A DNA stretch of 64,000 nucleotides from the NCBI GenBank assembly GCA_964016885.1, contig OZ024741.1:308636001-308700000 (forward strand). The letters are read 5' to 3'. This DNA comes from Eledone cirrhosa (lineage: Eukaryota). The notes below the pieces were generated by a model. The model worked only from the letters and a program-made list of their open reading frames with translations, did no database searches and had not been told where the DNA came from. This document shows, piece after piece, positions 1 through 16,019 of this stretch; the stretch's first letter is position 1; each line of letters begins with the position of its first letter. The translations under genes and the position numbers were made by a program.

Positions 1-135
1 TATATATATATTAGAGAGAGAGAGAGAGAGAGAGAGTGAGAGAGAGAGAGATCATATATATATATATACACATACATATACGCACACATACATATACATA
101 CACACACATACACACACACACACACATATATATGT

Positions 136-290
136 AGGTGGCGAATTGGCAGAGTCGTTACAATGTGGGATACCATGCTTGGTGCTATTTTAGCTCTCTG
201 TTCTCCGAGTTCAAATCCCGCTGAGCTTAACTTTACCTTTCTTCCATCCAAAGTTGATAAAAAATGTACCAGTCTAGTACTGGGGTCGAT
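136..290 (+). mobile_element. tRNA-derived SINE, family A (diverged copy)
   Basis: A-box-like TGGCAGAGTCG, B-box GAGTTCAAATCC, then the central block CTTTxCCTTTCxTCC...GATAAAAA.GTACCAG shared with >20 copies in the window. Confidence 0.8.
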
Positions 291-382
291 TCCTCCTCTA
301 TATCCCTTTCTCACTTCTGTTCTGACACTCTCTATTCTTCTCTGGACGAAATATACTTTATTCAGTGTTTGGTTAATACCTG

Positions 383-3300
383 GCATGAATTGGGGTAGGT
401 AGCCTTTATGGCATGAATTGAGGTAGGTAGCTATTAGGGTAGGGTATTGAGGTAGGTAGCTATTATGGGAGGGTATGGAGGTAGGTAGCTATTAGGGTAG
501 GGTATTGAGGTAGGTAGCTATTATGGTAGGGTATTGAGATAGGTAGCTATTATGGTAGGGTATTGAGGTAGGTAGCTATTATGGGAGGGTATTGAGGTAG
601 GTAGCTATTATGGGAGGGTGTTGAGGTAGGTAGCTATTATGGGAGGGTATTGAGGTAGGTAGCTATTATGGGAGGGTATGGAGGTAGGTAGCTATTATGG
701 TAGGGTATTGAGGTAGGTAGCTATTATGGTAGGGTATTGAGATAGGTAGCTATTATGGGAGGGTATTGAGGTAGGTAGCTATTATGGTAGGGTATTGAGG
801 TAGGTAGCTATTATGGGAGGGTATTGAGGTAGGTAGCTATTATGGGAGGGTATGGAGGTAGGTAGCTATTATGGTAGGGTATTGAGATAGGTAGCTATTA
901 TGGGAGGGTATTGAGGTAGGTAGCTATTATGGTAGGGTATTGAGGTAGGTAGCTATTATGGGAGGGTATTGAGGTAGGTAGCTATTATGGGAGGGTGTTG
1001 AGGTAGGTAGCTATTATGGGAGGGTATTGAGGTAGGTAGCTATTATGGCATGAATTGGGGTAGGTAGCTATTATGGTAGGGTATTGAGGTAGGTAGCTAT
1101 TATGGGAGGGTATTGAGGTAGGTAGCTAATATGGTAGGGTATTGAGGTAGGTAGCTATTATGGTAGGGTATTGAGATAGGTAGCTATTATGGGAGGGTAT
1201 TGAGGTAGGTAGCTATTATGGTAGGGTATTGAGGTAGGTAGCTATTATGGGAGGGTATTGAGGTAGGTAGCTATTATGGGAGGGTGTTGAGGTAGGTAGC
1301 TATTATGGGAGGGTATTGAGGTAGGTAGCTATTATGGCATGAATTGGGGTAGGTAGCTATTATGGTAGGGTATTGAGGTAGGTAGCTATTATGGGAGGGT
1401 ATTGAGGTAGGTAGCTATTATGGCATGAATTGGGGTAGGTAGCTATTATGGTAGGGTATTGAGGTAGGTAGCTATTATGGCAGGGTATTGAGGTAGGTAG
1501 CTATTATGGGAGGGTATTGAGGTAGGTAGCTATTATGGGAGGGTGTTGAGGTAGGTAGCTATTATGGGAGGGTATTGAGGTAGGTAGCTATTATGGTAGG
1601 GTATTGAGATAGGTAGCTATTATGGGAGGGTATTGAGGTAGGTAGCTATTATGGCAGGGTATTGAGGTAGGTAGCTATTATGGCAGGGTATTGAGGTAGG
1701 TAGCTATTATGGTAGGGTATTGAGGTAGGTAGCTATTATGGTAGGGTGTTGAGGTAGGTAGCTATTATGGTAGGGTATTGAGGTAGGTAGCTATTATGGT
1801 AGGGTATTGAGGTAGGTAGCTATTATGGGAGGGTATTGAGGTAGGTAGCTATTATGGGAGGGTATTGAGGTAGGTAGCTATTATGGTAGGGTATTGAGGT
1901 AGGTAGCTATTATGGGAGGGTATTGAGGTAGGTAGCTATTATGGTAGGGTATTGAGGTAGGTAGCTATTATGGGAGGGTATTGAGGTAGGTAGCTATTAT
2001 GGTAGGGTATTGAGGTAGGTAGCTATTATGGTAGGGTATTGAGGTAGGTAGCTATTATGGCAGGGTATTGAGGTAGGTAGCTATTATGGCAGGGTATTGA
2101 GGTAGGTAGCTATTATGGTAGGGTATTGAGGTAGGTAGCTATTATGGGAGGGTATTGAGGTAGGTAGCTATTATGGTAGGGTATTGAGGTAGGTAGCTAT
2201 TATGGTAGGGTATTGAGGTAGGTAGCTATTATGGTAGGGTATTGAGGTAGGTAGCTATTATGGGAGGGTATTGAGGTAGGTAGCTATTATGGGAGGGTAT
2301 TGAGGTAGGTAGCTATTATGGTAGGGTATTGAGGTAGGTAGCTATTATGGGAGGGTGTTGAGGTAGGTAGCTATTATGGTAGGGTATTGAGGTAGGTAGC
2401 TATTATGGGAGGGTATTGAGGTAGGTAGCTATTATGGTAGGGTATTGAGGTAGGTAGCTATTATGGTAGGGTATTGAGGTAGGTAGCTATTATGGCAGGG
2501 CATTGAGGTAGGTAGCTATTATGGCAGGGTATTGAGGTAGGTAGCTATTATGGTAGGGTATTGAGGTAGGTAGCTATTATGGGAGGGTATTGAGGTAGGT
2601 AGCTATTATGGTAGGGTATTGAGGTAGGTAGCTATTATGGTAGGGTATTGAGGTAGGTAGCTATTATGGGAGGGTATTGAGGTAGGTAGCTATTATGGGA
2701 GGGTATTGAGGTAGGTAGCTATTATGGGAGGGTATTGAGGTAGGTAGCTATTATGGCAGGGTATTGAGGTAGGTAGCTATTAGGGTAGGGTATTGGGGTA
2801 GGTAGCTATTATGGGAGGGTATGGAGGTAGGTAGCTATTATGGTAGGGTATTGGGGTAGGTAGCTATTATGGGAGGGTATGGAGGTAGGTAGCTATTATG
2901 GTAGGGTATTGAGGTAGGTAGCTATTATGGCAGGGTATTGAGGTAGGTAGCTATTATGGTAGGGTATTGAGGTAGGTAGCTATTATGGCAGGGTATTGAG
3001 GTAGGTAGCTATTATGGGAGGGTATTGAGGTAGGTAGCTATTATGGGAGGGTATTGAGGTAGGTAGCTATTATGGGAGGGTATGGAGGTAGGTAGCTATT
3101 ATGGTAGGGTATTGAGGTAGGTAGCTATTATGGTAGGGTATTGAGGTAGGTAGCTATTATGGGAGGGTATTGAGGTAGATAGCTATTATGGTAGGGTATA
3201 GAGGTAGGTAGCTATTAATGGTAGGGTATTGAGGTAGGTAGCTATTATGGCAGGGTATTGAGGTAGGTAGCTACTATGGTAGGGTGTTGAGGTAGGTAGC

Positions 3301-5490
3301 TATTATGGTAGGGTATTGAGGTAGGTAGCTATTATGGGAGGGTATTGAGGTAGGTAGCTATTATGGGAGGGTATTGAGGTAGGTAGCTATTATGGTAGGG
3401 TATTGAGGTAGGTAGCTATTATGGTAGGGTATTGAGGTAGGTAGCTATTATGGGAGGGTATGGAGGTAGGTAGCTATTATGGTAGGGTATTGAGGTAGGT
3501 AGCTATTATGGTAGGGTATTGAGATAGGTAGCTATTATGGGAGGGTATTGAGGTAGGTAGCTATTATGGGAGGGTATTGAGGTAGGTAGCTATTATGGGA
3601 GGGTATTGAGGTAGGTAGCTATTATGGTAGGGTATTGAGGTAGGTAGCTATTATGGGAGGGTATTGAGGTAGATAGCTATTATGGTAGGGTATTGAGGTA
3701 GGTAGCTATTATGGTAGGGTATTGAGGTAGGTAGCTATTATGGTAGGGTATTGAGGTAGGTAGCTATTATGGGAGGGTATTGAGGTAGGTAGCTATTATG
3801 GGAGGGTATTGAGGTAGGTAGCTATTATGGGAGGGTATTGAGGTAGGTAGCTATTATGGTAGGGTATTGAGGTAGGTAGCTATTATGGTAGGGTATTGAG
3901 ATAGGTAGCTATTATGGGAGGGTATTGAGGTAGGTAGCTATTATGGGAGGGTATTGAGGTAGGTAGCTATTATGGTAGGGTATTGAGATAGGTAGCTATT
4001 ATGGGAGGGTATTGAGGTAGGTAGCTATTATGGGAGGGTATTGAGGTAGGTAGCTATTATGGTAGGGTATTGAGGTAGGTAGCTATTATGGTAGGGTATT
4101 GAGATAGGTAGCTATTATGGTAGGGTATTGAGATAGGTAGCTATTATGGGAGGGTATTGAGGTAGGTAGCTATTATGGGAGGGTATTGAGGTAGGTAGCT
4201 ATTATGGTAGGGTATTGAGATAGGTAGCTATTATGGGAGGGTATTGAGGTAGGTAGCTATTATGGGAGGGTATTGAGGTAGGTAGCTATTATGGTAGGGT
4301 ATTGAGGTAGGTAGCTATTATGGGAGGGTATTGAGGTAGGTAGCTATTATGGGAGGGTATTGAGGTAGGTAGCTATTATGGTAGGGTATTGATGTACGTA
4401 GCTATTATGGGAGGGTATTGAGGTAGGTAGCTATTAAGGTAGGGTATTGAGGTAGGTAGCTATTATGGGAGGGTATTGAGGTAGGTAGCTATTATGGTAG
4501 GGTATTGAGGTAGGTAGCTATTATGGGAGGGTATTGAGGTAGGTAGCTATTATGGGAGGGTATTGAGGTAGGTAGCTATTATGGGAGGGTATTGAGGTAG
4601 GTAGCTATTATGGGAGGGTATTGAGGTAGGTAGCTATTATGGTAGGGTATTGAGATAGGTAGCTATTATGGTAGGGTATTGAGGTAGGTAGCTATTATGG
4701 TAGGGTATTGAGGTAGGTAGCTATTATGGTAGGGTATTGAGGTAGGTAGCTATTATGGTAGGGTATTGAGATAGGTAGCTATTATGGTAGGGTATTGAGG
4801 TACGTAGCTATTATGGGAGGGTATTGAGGTAGGTAGCTATTAAGGTAGGGTATTGAGGTAGGTAGCTATTATGGGAGGGTATTGAGGTAGGTAGCTATTA
4901 TGGTAGGGTATTGAGGTAGGTAGCTATTATGGGAGGGTATTGAGGTAGGTAGCTATTATGGGAGGGTATTGAGGTAGGTAGCTATTATGGGAGGGTATTG
5001 AGGTAGGTAGCTATTATGGGAGGGTATGGAGGTAGGTAGCTATTATGGTAGGGTATTGAGGTAGGTAGCTATTATGGTAGGGTATTGAGATAGGTAGCTA
5101 TTATGGGAGGGTATTGAGGTAGGTAGCTATTATGGTAGGGTATTGAGATAGGTAGCTATTATGGTAGGGTGTTGAGGTAGGTAGCTATTATGGGAGGGTA
5201 TTGAGGTAGGTAGCTATTATGGTAGGGTATTGAGGTAGGTAGCTATTATGGGAGGGTATTGAGGTAGGTAGCTATTATGGGAGGGTATTGAGGTAGGTAG
5301 CTATTATGGGAGGGTATTGATATAGGTAGCTATTATGGGAGGGTATTGAGGTAGGTAGCTATTATGGGAGGGTATTGAGGTAGGTAGCTATTATGGGAGG
5401 GTATTGAGGTAGGTAGCTATTATGGGAGGGTATTGAGGTAGGTAGCTATTATGGTAGGGTATTGAGGTAGGTAGCTATTAGGGTAGGGTT
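383..5490. repeat. 29-bp G-rich tandem satellite (~175 units)
   Basis: Unit GAGGTAGGTAGCTATTATGG(T/G/C)AGGGTATT repeated continuously, with occasional 28-bp variant GGCATGAATTGGGGTAGGTAGCTATTAT. Confidence 0.98.
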
Positions 5491-5755
5491 ATGTAAAATG
5501 CTCAGCCCCTTTCATGTTAATTTTAGGAACAGAGTGGCCACACATATGTATGCATACACACTTTGTATGTATATTATCATTAAAACATAGATATACACAC
5601 ACATATATATCTACATACACACAGGCACATATATATATATATATATATACATACACACACATACACACATATATACACATACACACACACATATATATAC
5701 ATATACGGACACATATATATATATATATACACATGCACACACATCACACACACGA

Positions 5756-5786
<31 letters not shown>

Positions 5787-5967
5787 TATATATATACATA
5801 CACACATATATATATACATACACATACATATATATACACATACACACACACATATATATACACACACATACAAACACATCTATATATATATAGACACATA
5901 CACACAAATATATATATATTACATACATATATAAATAAATAGACATACACACAGATATATATATATA

Positions 5968-6014
<47 letters not shown>

Positions 6015-6167
6015 AAAGTGGTTGGCATTAGGAAGGGCATCCAGCCATAGAAACTTAGCCAAAAGCAGTTCTGTATAAGCAAGGCATAGTCACTTGACTT
6101 GGATGTTTTCACAACATTAAACGGTGATGATGATGATGTTATATACACACACAAACACACACACATA

Positions 6168-6220
<53 letters not shown>

Positions 6221-7329
6221 ACATAGTGAAAATGTTGAAGTGAAGTTTCATTATAAATTGGCCAAGAGTTGAGCACCCAGCCAACCCTAATCATTGGAGG
6301 AGTGGTGTGTGTTTGAGTTTGTGTGAGTGAATGTGTACATGTGGATGTTATATTGCCTCAATCTCCCCAAAACCAAACAAAATAACAAAATAACACTTTA
6401 AAAAAAAATACATTTAAAATTATTAAATAAACGAAGCTCAACCTACATACCTAGCAACCTACATACCTAAGGACCAATCAGCAGCAGAGCTTACCTCATT
6501 TGTTGATATCACATATACTAGATAGATAAACACACACACTAGACATAGCTTCCTTAGTTTCAAAGTCCAGTTAACTGAGTAAAGAGGCCACTCTTATGAT
6601 CTTTGTCTAGAGTCTAGGTTTATCTATTCTGCATTTGTGTTTGTTCGTTGTTGTAGGTTCCGTTAGTGCTATATATTGCCTGTTTAAATTATTCTAATAA
6701 TAAATTCTGACGTCAAATACGAAAATATGTGTTACTTTGTTAACTAGTAAGAAACTCCAGCAAGAGTTGGTTAACAGAAAGTTTTCAAAGAAGGAATCCT
6801 CCTTATGAAAGTGTTATATATAGTAATAAATAAATATCTAAGTAGGAATAAGTTGATTACTGATAATATGTGTCGGTTACAACCCCAGGTAGAATTGTCA
6901 AGTGACAGGAGTGGGATTTGAACTCAGACGCCCAAAGCTGAAATAAATACCACAAAGCATTCTGTCTAACACTTTAATAATTACACCAATCCACTAACCG
7001 TGAAATTCTTGATAACTTTATTTATAAAAAAAAAAACTTGAAAGCAGAAGGATTTGAACTCAGAGTGCAGAGAGGGATGGAACAGATATTACAAATCAAT
7101 TCCATTTGACTTTTTAACAGTTCTGCCATTCAACTGTCATCTGGACCAGTTGCTACTTTATTTATCAAGCACAAAAAGATGAAAGTCAAGACAAAGTTAA
7201 CTTTGTCAGGATTTGAACTTAGAATGCAGAGAACCAGAAAAAATTTCTCAAAGCATTTAATCTAACGCTCTAACGACTCTGCCATAAATATAATAATTTT
7301 CATGTTCCCGTAACATTTGCAGCCAATCA

Positions 7330-7545
7330 TTAGGGTTCCCCTCTAGAGGCTTCTGCAGTCAGTTGTTGCCATTGGTCTCTATTCTCTATCATGCGTAGAA
7401 GGGTCACGGTGTTGTGACCAGTCCAGTCTTTTTGATGTTGTCTAACCAAGATTTTCTTTGTCTACCTCTTCTTCGCCCTTCCTCAACTGTGCTCTAAACG
7501 ATGGTTTGGGACAAGGAGTTGTGGCAGGATATATGACCAAAATAT
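7330..7545 (-). pseudogene. Degraded RTE-clade LINE C-terminal fragment
   Basis: Minus strand reads, across a stop and possible frameshift, GHISCHNSLSQTIV*STVEEGRRRGRQRKSWLDNIK. This matches the RTE GH..R....K.I..G...G.R.RGR.R..W.D.I motif. Confidence 0.7.
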
Positions 7546-7929
7546 GATAATAAATAAGCATAAATAAATAATTTTTTTTTTTTAAATGAATAAATCTAGG
7601 TGTGAAATAATGATTAATACCAGTTCCAAGAACTGAGAATGACTCTTTTAGATACATTCTGATACAGACACGGAGATAACAGCTTTGATAAAAAGAAAAA
7701 TATAAAAACCATTTCCGTTTAATACACATCACTAGTTATGTAGCAGTCAATATTTTAATGTCTGTCTAGGCATAATAAACATGATAGCAGTGGTGGGGAT
7801 GGGGGGAGGGGATTTATATACAGATTACTACTACTACACCCACCACCACCACCACCACCACACCACTACTACTACCACTACTACTACTAAATCTTCCACC
7901 ACCACCAACAACCTCACCACTACTAATAA

Positions 7930-8152
7930 TAATTGTTTTTACTTTAGGCACAAGGCCAGACATTTTGGGGACAGGAAAAGTCGATTAGATCGACCCCACT
8001 GCATGACTGGTACTTTATTTTATTGACCTTATAAGGATGAAAAGCAAAGCTAACCTCGGCAGATTCTGAACTCAGAACGTAAAGGGCCGTAACTCCATGC
8101 TGTAAAGCATTGTCTCTGACACTCTACCAATACTGCCAATCCAGCACCACCC
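7930..8152 (-). mobile_element. SINE family A, near full length
   Basis: Reverse complement of the family A head, central block and GGCCTTGTGCCTAAAGTA(A/G)AAACAATTATT tail; further decayed copies at 6895-7285 and 8510-8760. Confidence 0.85.
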
Positions 8153-8846
8153 TTCACCACTACTAATAATAATGATTTCTCTATTGTTTTGATAATTATG
8201 ATAAGGATAATAACAATAATAATAATTGTACCAATACGTTGACCTGTAAATACAGCTACTAATGTGAAGGACATAGCTAAGTGTTTAGGATGTTTGGGTC
8301 ATCAGTTCAAATCTAGGCAGAGCGATGTCACCATAAGCAAGACATTTTATTTCATATTGTCCCAGTCCACTCAGCTTGCAAAATATGAGATGTATCTGTA
8401 GTTCACAGAACTAGGCTTGTCACATGCTGAATCTCCCTGAGAACTACATTGCTACTACAACTATTACTATAACAATGACTACTACAACTACTACTAATAA
8501 TAAAGATAACTCTTTCTAACATTGGCATACAGCTTGCAATTTGTAGGAAGGGATAAATTGATTAAATTGACCCTAGTATTTAACTTTATTTTATCCATCC
8601 CAGAAGGATGAAAGGCAAAGTTTAACTTGACAGGATTTGAACTCAGACTAAAAAGGGCCATAACTAAATGCTGCAGGATTTGAATTCAGAGCACAGTGAA
8701 CAAGAACAAATACCAAAGGATTTAATCCAAAACCTAAACAACTATGCCAATTCTCCATGAGTAGAGTAGAGTATGTATGAACCTGTAACTCCTGATAGAG
8801 CTGTAGAAGCTCTGTAGTGATATACAGCAGGTCCTGGGCATTTTAA

Positions 8847-9078
8847 CCCTTTAGTTACCAATCCAGCCAAAACCAACTCTGGTTCTATGAAATAAAACCA
8901 CCCATTTTAAAAGTTTCCAATTTAAATTAAAATCTTCTAATATAATGTTATATAAGAACCTTACATTAAGTTACTATCTTAGTAACAAAATAATTAATAA
9001 TTTAAGTAAATCCCCCAAAATTCATTATTAATTAATTAAAGTAGAATGTATTTCATTAGAAATATGGTCATGAAAGGG
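8847..9078. mobile_element. piggyBac-type MITE
   Basis: TTAA|CCCTTT ... AAAGGG|TTAA termini with TTAA target duplication (8843-8846, 9079-9082). Confidence 0.75.
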
Positions 9079-9228
9079 TTAAGCCTGGCAGAGCCCATCC
9101 CCTGTCTATGTCTGAACACAACTGATTTTTTTCCAGAGAATGAGAGAGAAAATGACAGAAAGGAAATGAAAAAGAGATACAGAGAAAGTTTTAACTCCAG
9201 TACTGGACGGCTACTTCATCAACCTTAA

Positions 9229-9460
9229 CCCTTTAACATTTACATTACTCTATATATACTATTGTCATGGTAAAGGCTTTACCTATACTATTGTCATGGT
9301 AAAGGCTTTACCTTTACTGCACATAATATCGAATGTATGAGATTTTGATACTATTTATTTTGAGAACAATGCCTTAATATCAGTATGAGTGGCTGGTTAC
9401 AGGGGGTTTGAACAGAAAGAGGTGAGAGAATTCTGGCCGGATAGAGCCAGTTTAAGTGGT
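9229..9460 (+). mobile_element. piggyBac-type MITE (second family, 3' end decayed)
   Basis: TTAA|CCCTTTAACATTTACATTACTCT start; collinear with 48380-48600 and with the reverse complement of 21262-21469. Confidence 0.75.
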
Positions 9461-12400
9461 TTGTCTTGAACTGAGGAGAGCAGAGAGCTGAATTGAGTAC
9501 TGCAAAACATTCTAACTACTCAGCTAATTCATTGCCTTAGTCTAGACTCTAGACTCTAGAGGATATACAGGATGTAAATCTCTACTGTAAATCTCTACAT
9601 GTTATATCGTTTACAATATTCAGGTTTACCATCCTTCCATGTCGTTCTGTGTTTAAATCTTTCCAGAGTTGACATCTTACAGCCCAACCATTACTATCGA
9701 CGGTAGGGAGACCAGTTACATCAACACTATGAAGACCACCACAACCACTATCATCATTACCATCACAAGCACCACCACAACAACCATCACTACTACCATG
9801 ATCTGTAACACCACCATTACCAAGACCATCATCATCACTATCATCACCAACTGTGCCCCCCACCCCCACCATCACCATCATGAAAACTGTAAACAAACAA
9901 GGTAATGTTTTTTAAGAATGTTGTGATGCATGTCGACATCAGTCAGAAGATTAAAGCTTTATAAATCAATGTGTCTTTTGAAGAATATGTCTTTGATTGC
10001 TGTATTTCTTTCTTTTCTTTTTCCTCCACATAACCCCACCGTTTTCTTCTTCTTCTTCATCTTCTACTTCTACTCTCACTTTCCAGCTATTTCTGTGTTT
10101 GATTTCTTCCTTTCTTAATTTATTTATTGCCATTACCATTATCATCACCATCACCATCACCATCATATTATTATAATTATTATTATTATTATTGTTATTA
10201 TGCTCTTTTTTCTTCTGTTGTCTCATTTTATTAATTAACAACACACAAACAAATAAGCACAAGCAAATATTGGACTAAAATTTTTTAAAAAATAACAACA
10301 AACAAATAATTGAATAAACAAATAGAAACACAAACAAATAGAAACGCAAACAAAATCAAAAAAAAAAATCCACACATAAGCAGTGATCTAAATCGGAACC
10401 ATCCATCACATTACTCACGAGCTTTCTCTAATGTAATGTAATGTTTTAGTGTGTGTATGTGGTCTTCTTTTTCCCCCATTTTATATATTTGTTTATTTTT
10501 GTATTTTTTTTAAATATATTTTTTATTTACATATTTTTATTCTTTCTCAATACTCTCTTCTTTCTTATCTAAGGTGTGTGTGATACCTTATTAACGGATG
10601 ATGCTATGCTAACACCTCATCTCATCTCATCTAAAATTCAACAACCAATACATTCAACGCCCAACACCCACCACACCGACACACTTTCAATAACCCCCAT
10701 CATTCGTTCATTCAGTTTCCATCAATTCTTGTGAATATCACTTGAAGCAAGTAGAAAAGTCAGTCGAAGAGTGTGTGTAGAGAACAAGAGAGGGGAGGCC
10801 TACCACCGCCCTCTAATAAATTTTATTGAAGTTGGGGTGAAAGCAGCAAGCTTCACTTCAGTGAAATAGTTCAACCATTTCTGTTTCACCGACCAGGTGG
10901 CAGTGAAATGAGAAAAAAAAAAAGAAAGAAAAAGAAGGCGTTTTGTATCTAAACTATTTATTACCAAACTTGGCACCTGCCGATTCGCACTAACACACTG
11001 ACAAACATCCTCAATTCCTTTTTTTTCTGTTGCCTATTTTTTGTGGCATTTCTTTATTTATTTCATAGATACAGTATGGTTGAATGGTTAAGCAGTTCAT
11101 TCTACAGTCATGAGGTCTTGAGTTTGATCCCACCGTGGGGCACCATGGGATAATGTCATTTACAATGGTCACAGGTTGACCCAAGCCTTATGAAGGAAAC
11201 TGGGTAGAGAAAAACTGTTTGGCAGCCCATCAGAAGGACTATACTGGTAATTGCCTTGTTGCAAAGTGTGTCCTACTGAATCTCCCTTAGAATGTGTTTG
11301 TGTAGTAGTCAACCATATCCATGTTAATTTCATGAGCAGTCTGTTTTATTAATCAAACAAATGGGACACACAGCATCGAAACCAACAGAGGTCCATTCCA
11401 TTCCATCTATTAAATTCTTTAAAAGTCTTTGAGTCAAGAATATGAATGATAGACTGACTTGATAGTGGTGAGGTCTCAGGTTTGATCCCACTGCATGCCA
11501 CCTTGAACAAGTATCTTTCTACCATAAACTCAGGTTGACTGTGAGTGAATATTGAGTAAACAGGGAACTGAGTTGAATCCCATTGAGTGGACTAGTTGTA
11601 ATTCACAAAGCCCAGCCACATCACACACATGTGTCATGCTGAGTCTGTCTGAAGATTATGTTAAGGAGGGTAATAGTGTTTAATGTCTGTGGAATACTCA
11701 ACCACTTACACTATAATACAATGGCAATAACACCAACACTATAGCTACTAACAGCAACAACAATGCTAACATCACCATTAGGATCACAAACATGATCAAA
11801 CTACCAACATGAAGACACCGACATCAACACCACAAACAATGAGTCAGAAAAAGATCCACTAAATGATCATTGGACATACAAGAAGCAGTAGCCTATTTCC
11901 CTCAAATCATACAACCATCTTAGAAAAGATCATGTTGGATAATTTTGACGAGGGTTCTCTGCACAAAGGAAAAAGACTAGATTGTCATGGATGGAATGTC
12001 TCTGATTACAGGTCTGCTCCAACAAAGCTGACCTGAGGCTAAACAACAACAATAACAACACAAACAAACATACAACTAATACTACCATGAATCACTTATT
12101 AAAGCTAAGTCTTTAATCTATTAATTAAAAAAAACATTTTGGAAATAAACATATTCCCTCATTATTTTTGTTGTTGTTGTTGTTCTTATTTAATGTTTTA
12201 ATTTGATGAAAAACAAATTTTTCTCACAAAATTTTACTTTATTTATTCATGTATTTTCTTTGATTTCATCTTAACAGAGATGATATACTGAAAGAGCATA
12301 CACACACGCACACACATACACACACACACATACACATACACACACATATATATGTGTGTGTATGTGTATGTGTGTGTTTGTCTGTGTATGTATGTGTGTG

Positions 12401-12494
12401 TGTATGCATGTATACACAAAAATACATATACACATACATATATACAGTCTTGTCTGATGATCTGTAAAATTTCAGAGTAACAAGACTCACCACT

Positions 12495-13734
<1,240 letters not shown>

Positions 13735-14326
13735 CTGATGAGATAAGACTGTTTGTGTTTCGTTCAATTTCCTGACTTTGCCCACATATTTTTATACATA
13801 TACATATATACATATACATACATATGTATATATGCATAGATACATATATAATAACATGTACAGGTGTGTATATATACACATACAAAGCATACATACACCT
13901 AAACTCACATTTAGACAGATCTAGAGTATTAAAAGACAAACTATTAGAAAAGAAAGAAAAACAGAAAAAAGTAAAAAAAAAATAAAATTAAAATAAAAAA
14001 AGATATGGCGGGAGTGGGGGAGAAAAAAGTAGGTGTATGTAATTTAAATTTTCTAATTTTGATTTCTTACAATAAATAATTACAAAATTACAACACCGAT
14101 ACCGCCTCCTGCCCCCCCCCCCCCCCCAAAAAAAAAGGAGAAAAGAAATAAAACATAGCAATGAAAGACTGAAATTGTAAACTGTAATTTGAAACTAATT
14201 ATCACAGTGAAAATTATAATTACAATCAACAGAGTTGATAAATTAAGACTGTGGAGGTAATAAACCTATCAAAATGAAATTTAGAGAAATAAATTAGAGC
14301 TACTACTACTACTAATAATAATAATA

Positions 14327-14590
14327 ATTGTTTCTACTTTAGGCACAAGGCCAGCAATTACCACAGTGCATTACTGGTACTTTATTTTATCGATCCTGTA
14401 AGGATGAAAGGCAAAGTTAACCATGACGGGATTTGGACTCAGACCGTAAAGGGCCGTAACTCTATGCTGCAAAACATGGCGTCCGACCCTCTACCAATAC
14501 TGCCAATCCTCAACAATAATAATGGTTTCTGATATAGGCACAAGGCCAGCAAATTTGGAGGAGGGGAAAGTTGATTATTTCGATTCCAGA
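14327..14590 (-). mobile_element. SINE family A copies (one internally deleted, one 3' fragment)
   Basis: Same head, core and tail as 7930-8152. Confidence 0.85.
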
Positions 14591-14974
14591 ATGCAATAAT
14601 ATCTGGTTAGAAAACCTACTTAGAATTATTCATTTGAATTCAGCCAAGACATAAAACTAAGTATGGGATTAGACAAGTGTGTCACTAGAACTGAGAATAT
14701 TAAATTAGATACAAGTTCCAAAATCAGAGAATTAGATGAAAACACTAATACAAATATTCCTGAGTAGATGAAACTGATGAAATGCAACACAGACAAATGA
14801 AGGAAAAATTTAGAAATACAGAAGAGTTAAACTAATATTAAACACTGAACTGAACTCAATCTTAGAATTAAGATATCATCATCATTTAACGTCCATTTTC
14901 CACACTAGCTTGGTATAAATACAATAGACATTCCAGTTATAAACTACAGCTTTAACATAATAAACTAATAGTTA

Positions 14975-15285
14975 TTCTCGGGTGACAAATAAGTATGTGT
15001 GTGTCCATCTGCTTATTAAATTTTGCTAATCTATCTCCAGCAAAATTTTATTTTAAGTGGTAGCATTCATGTAACAATTTTCTTTATACATTAAAAAACA
15101 TTATACATGACAAAAAAGTACAATACTAGAAATCCCATACATTATAAAATAAATAGGATAGGTTGGGGTCTCAATATGTAAACTAAACAACTAATTATGT
15201 TTTTTTTAAAAGATCAAGGGAGACAACCTAGAAAAATTACCAATTTTCCACCCCAGCCCACCACCTATCATTTGGGACTTGAGAG
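14975..15285. mobile_element. MITE with (T/C)TCTCGGGT..CAAAT / ATTTGGGACTTGAGAG termini (empty copy)
   Basis: Imperfect terminal inverted repeats flanked by TA; collinear with 48290-48780. Confidence 0.65.
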
Positions 15286-16019
15286 TAGTTAATAGAATTG
15301 AAGAGCTTAGAAAAAATTGTAAGCTATTAACAGTGTAGAAAAGGGATAACAATTGATTATTTTGACCCCAATATTTGACTGGTACTTCAATTTTATTGGA
15401 CTCCCGAAGGATGAAAAGTAAAGCTGTCTTCAGAATATAAAGAGCTAGCAGAGTGCTGACAGAAAAAAAAGAAAGGAAGAAAAAAGAATTAAAGAAAAAA
15501 GAAAGAAAGAAAAAAGAATTAAAGAAAAAAGAAAGAAAGAAAAAAGAAAGAAAGAAAAGAAAACAAAAAAACTTCGAATATGACTTAATAAAAAAAAAAG
15601 CAAATCAACTGAAACCAAGAAAAAAAATAAACAAAATAAAATATAAATTAAAAGAACCCTTGTACTTACATTATGTAATCGAGCAAGGGTAGTAAGTACA
15701 AAATATTAACATAACTAATAGATAGGATGTCAGAAATAATGTCAGATATAATTTACACCAAGGTGGGGTATAAGTTCTCTATACAGTTTACAATGGTTTT
15801 TATGTTATTTACCTAATTCAGTTTCTATAGGTCTGCTGGTATTGCAAAGTTGAAGAATTTACATGATTTTATATTTTATAGATTTATTTTGTTTTTTTCT
15901 TTATTGATAATTTTCTGAATTATTATCAATTCTTATTTATATCCTCTATTTATTACTATTTTTTTCTGATCATTATTATTATCATTACTATTATTATTAT
16001 TAGAGGGGGGGGGGGGGAT

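Noticed and set aside
383-5490. CRISPR-like or telomeric array
   Set aside because: Units are contiguous with no unique spacers and are not TTAGGG repeats
9667-9901. Possible exon (TTTCCAG acceptor, AG/GTAATG donor, open frame)
   Set aside because: Mostly Thr/Ile low complexity, no recognisable protein, no partner exons; needs RNA-seq
10890-10903. CTCF-like motif CGACCAGGTGGCAG
   Set aside because: A single imperfect match with no independent support from sequence alone
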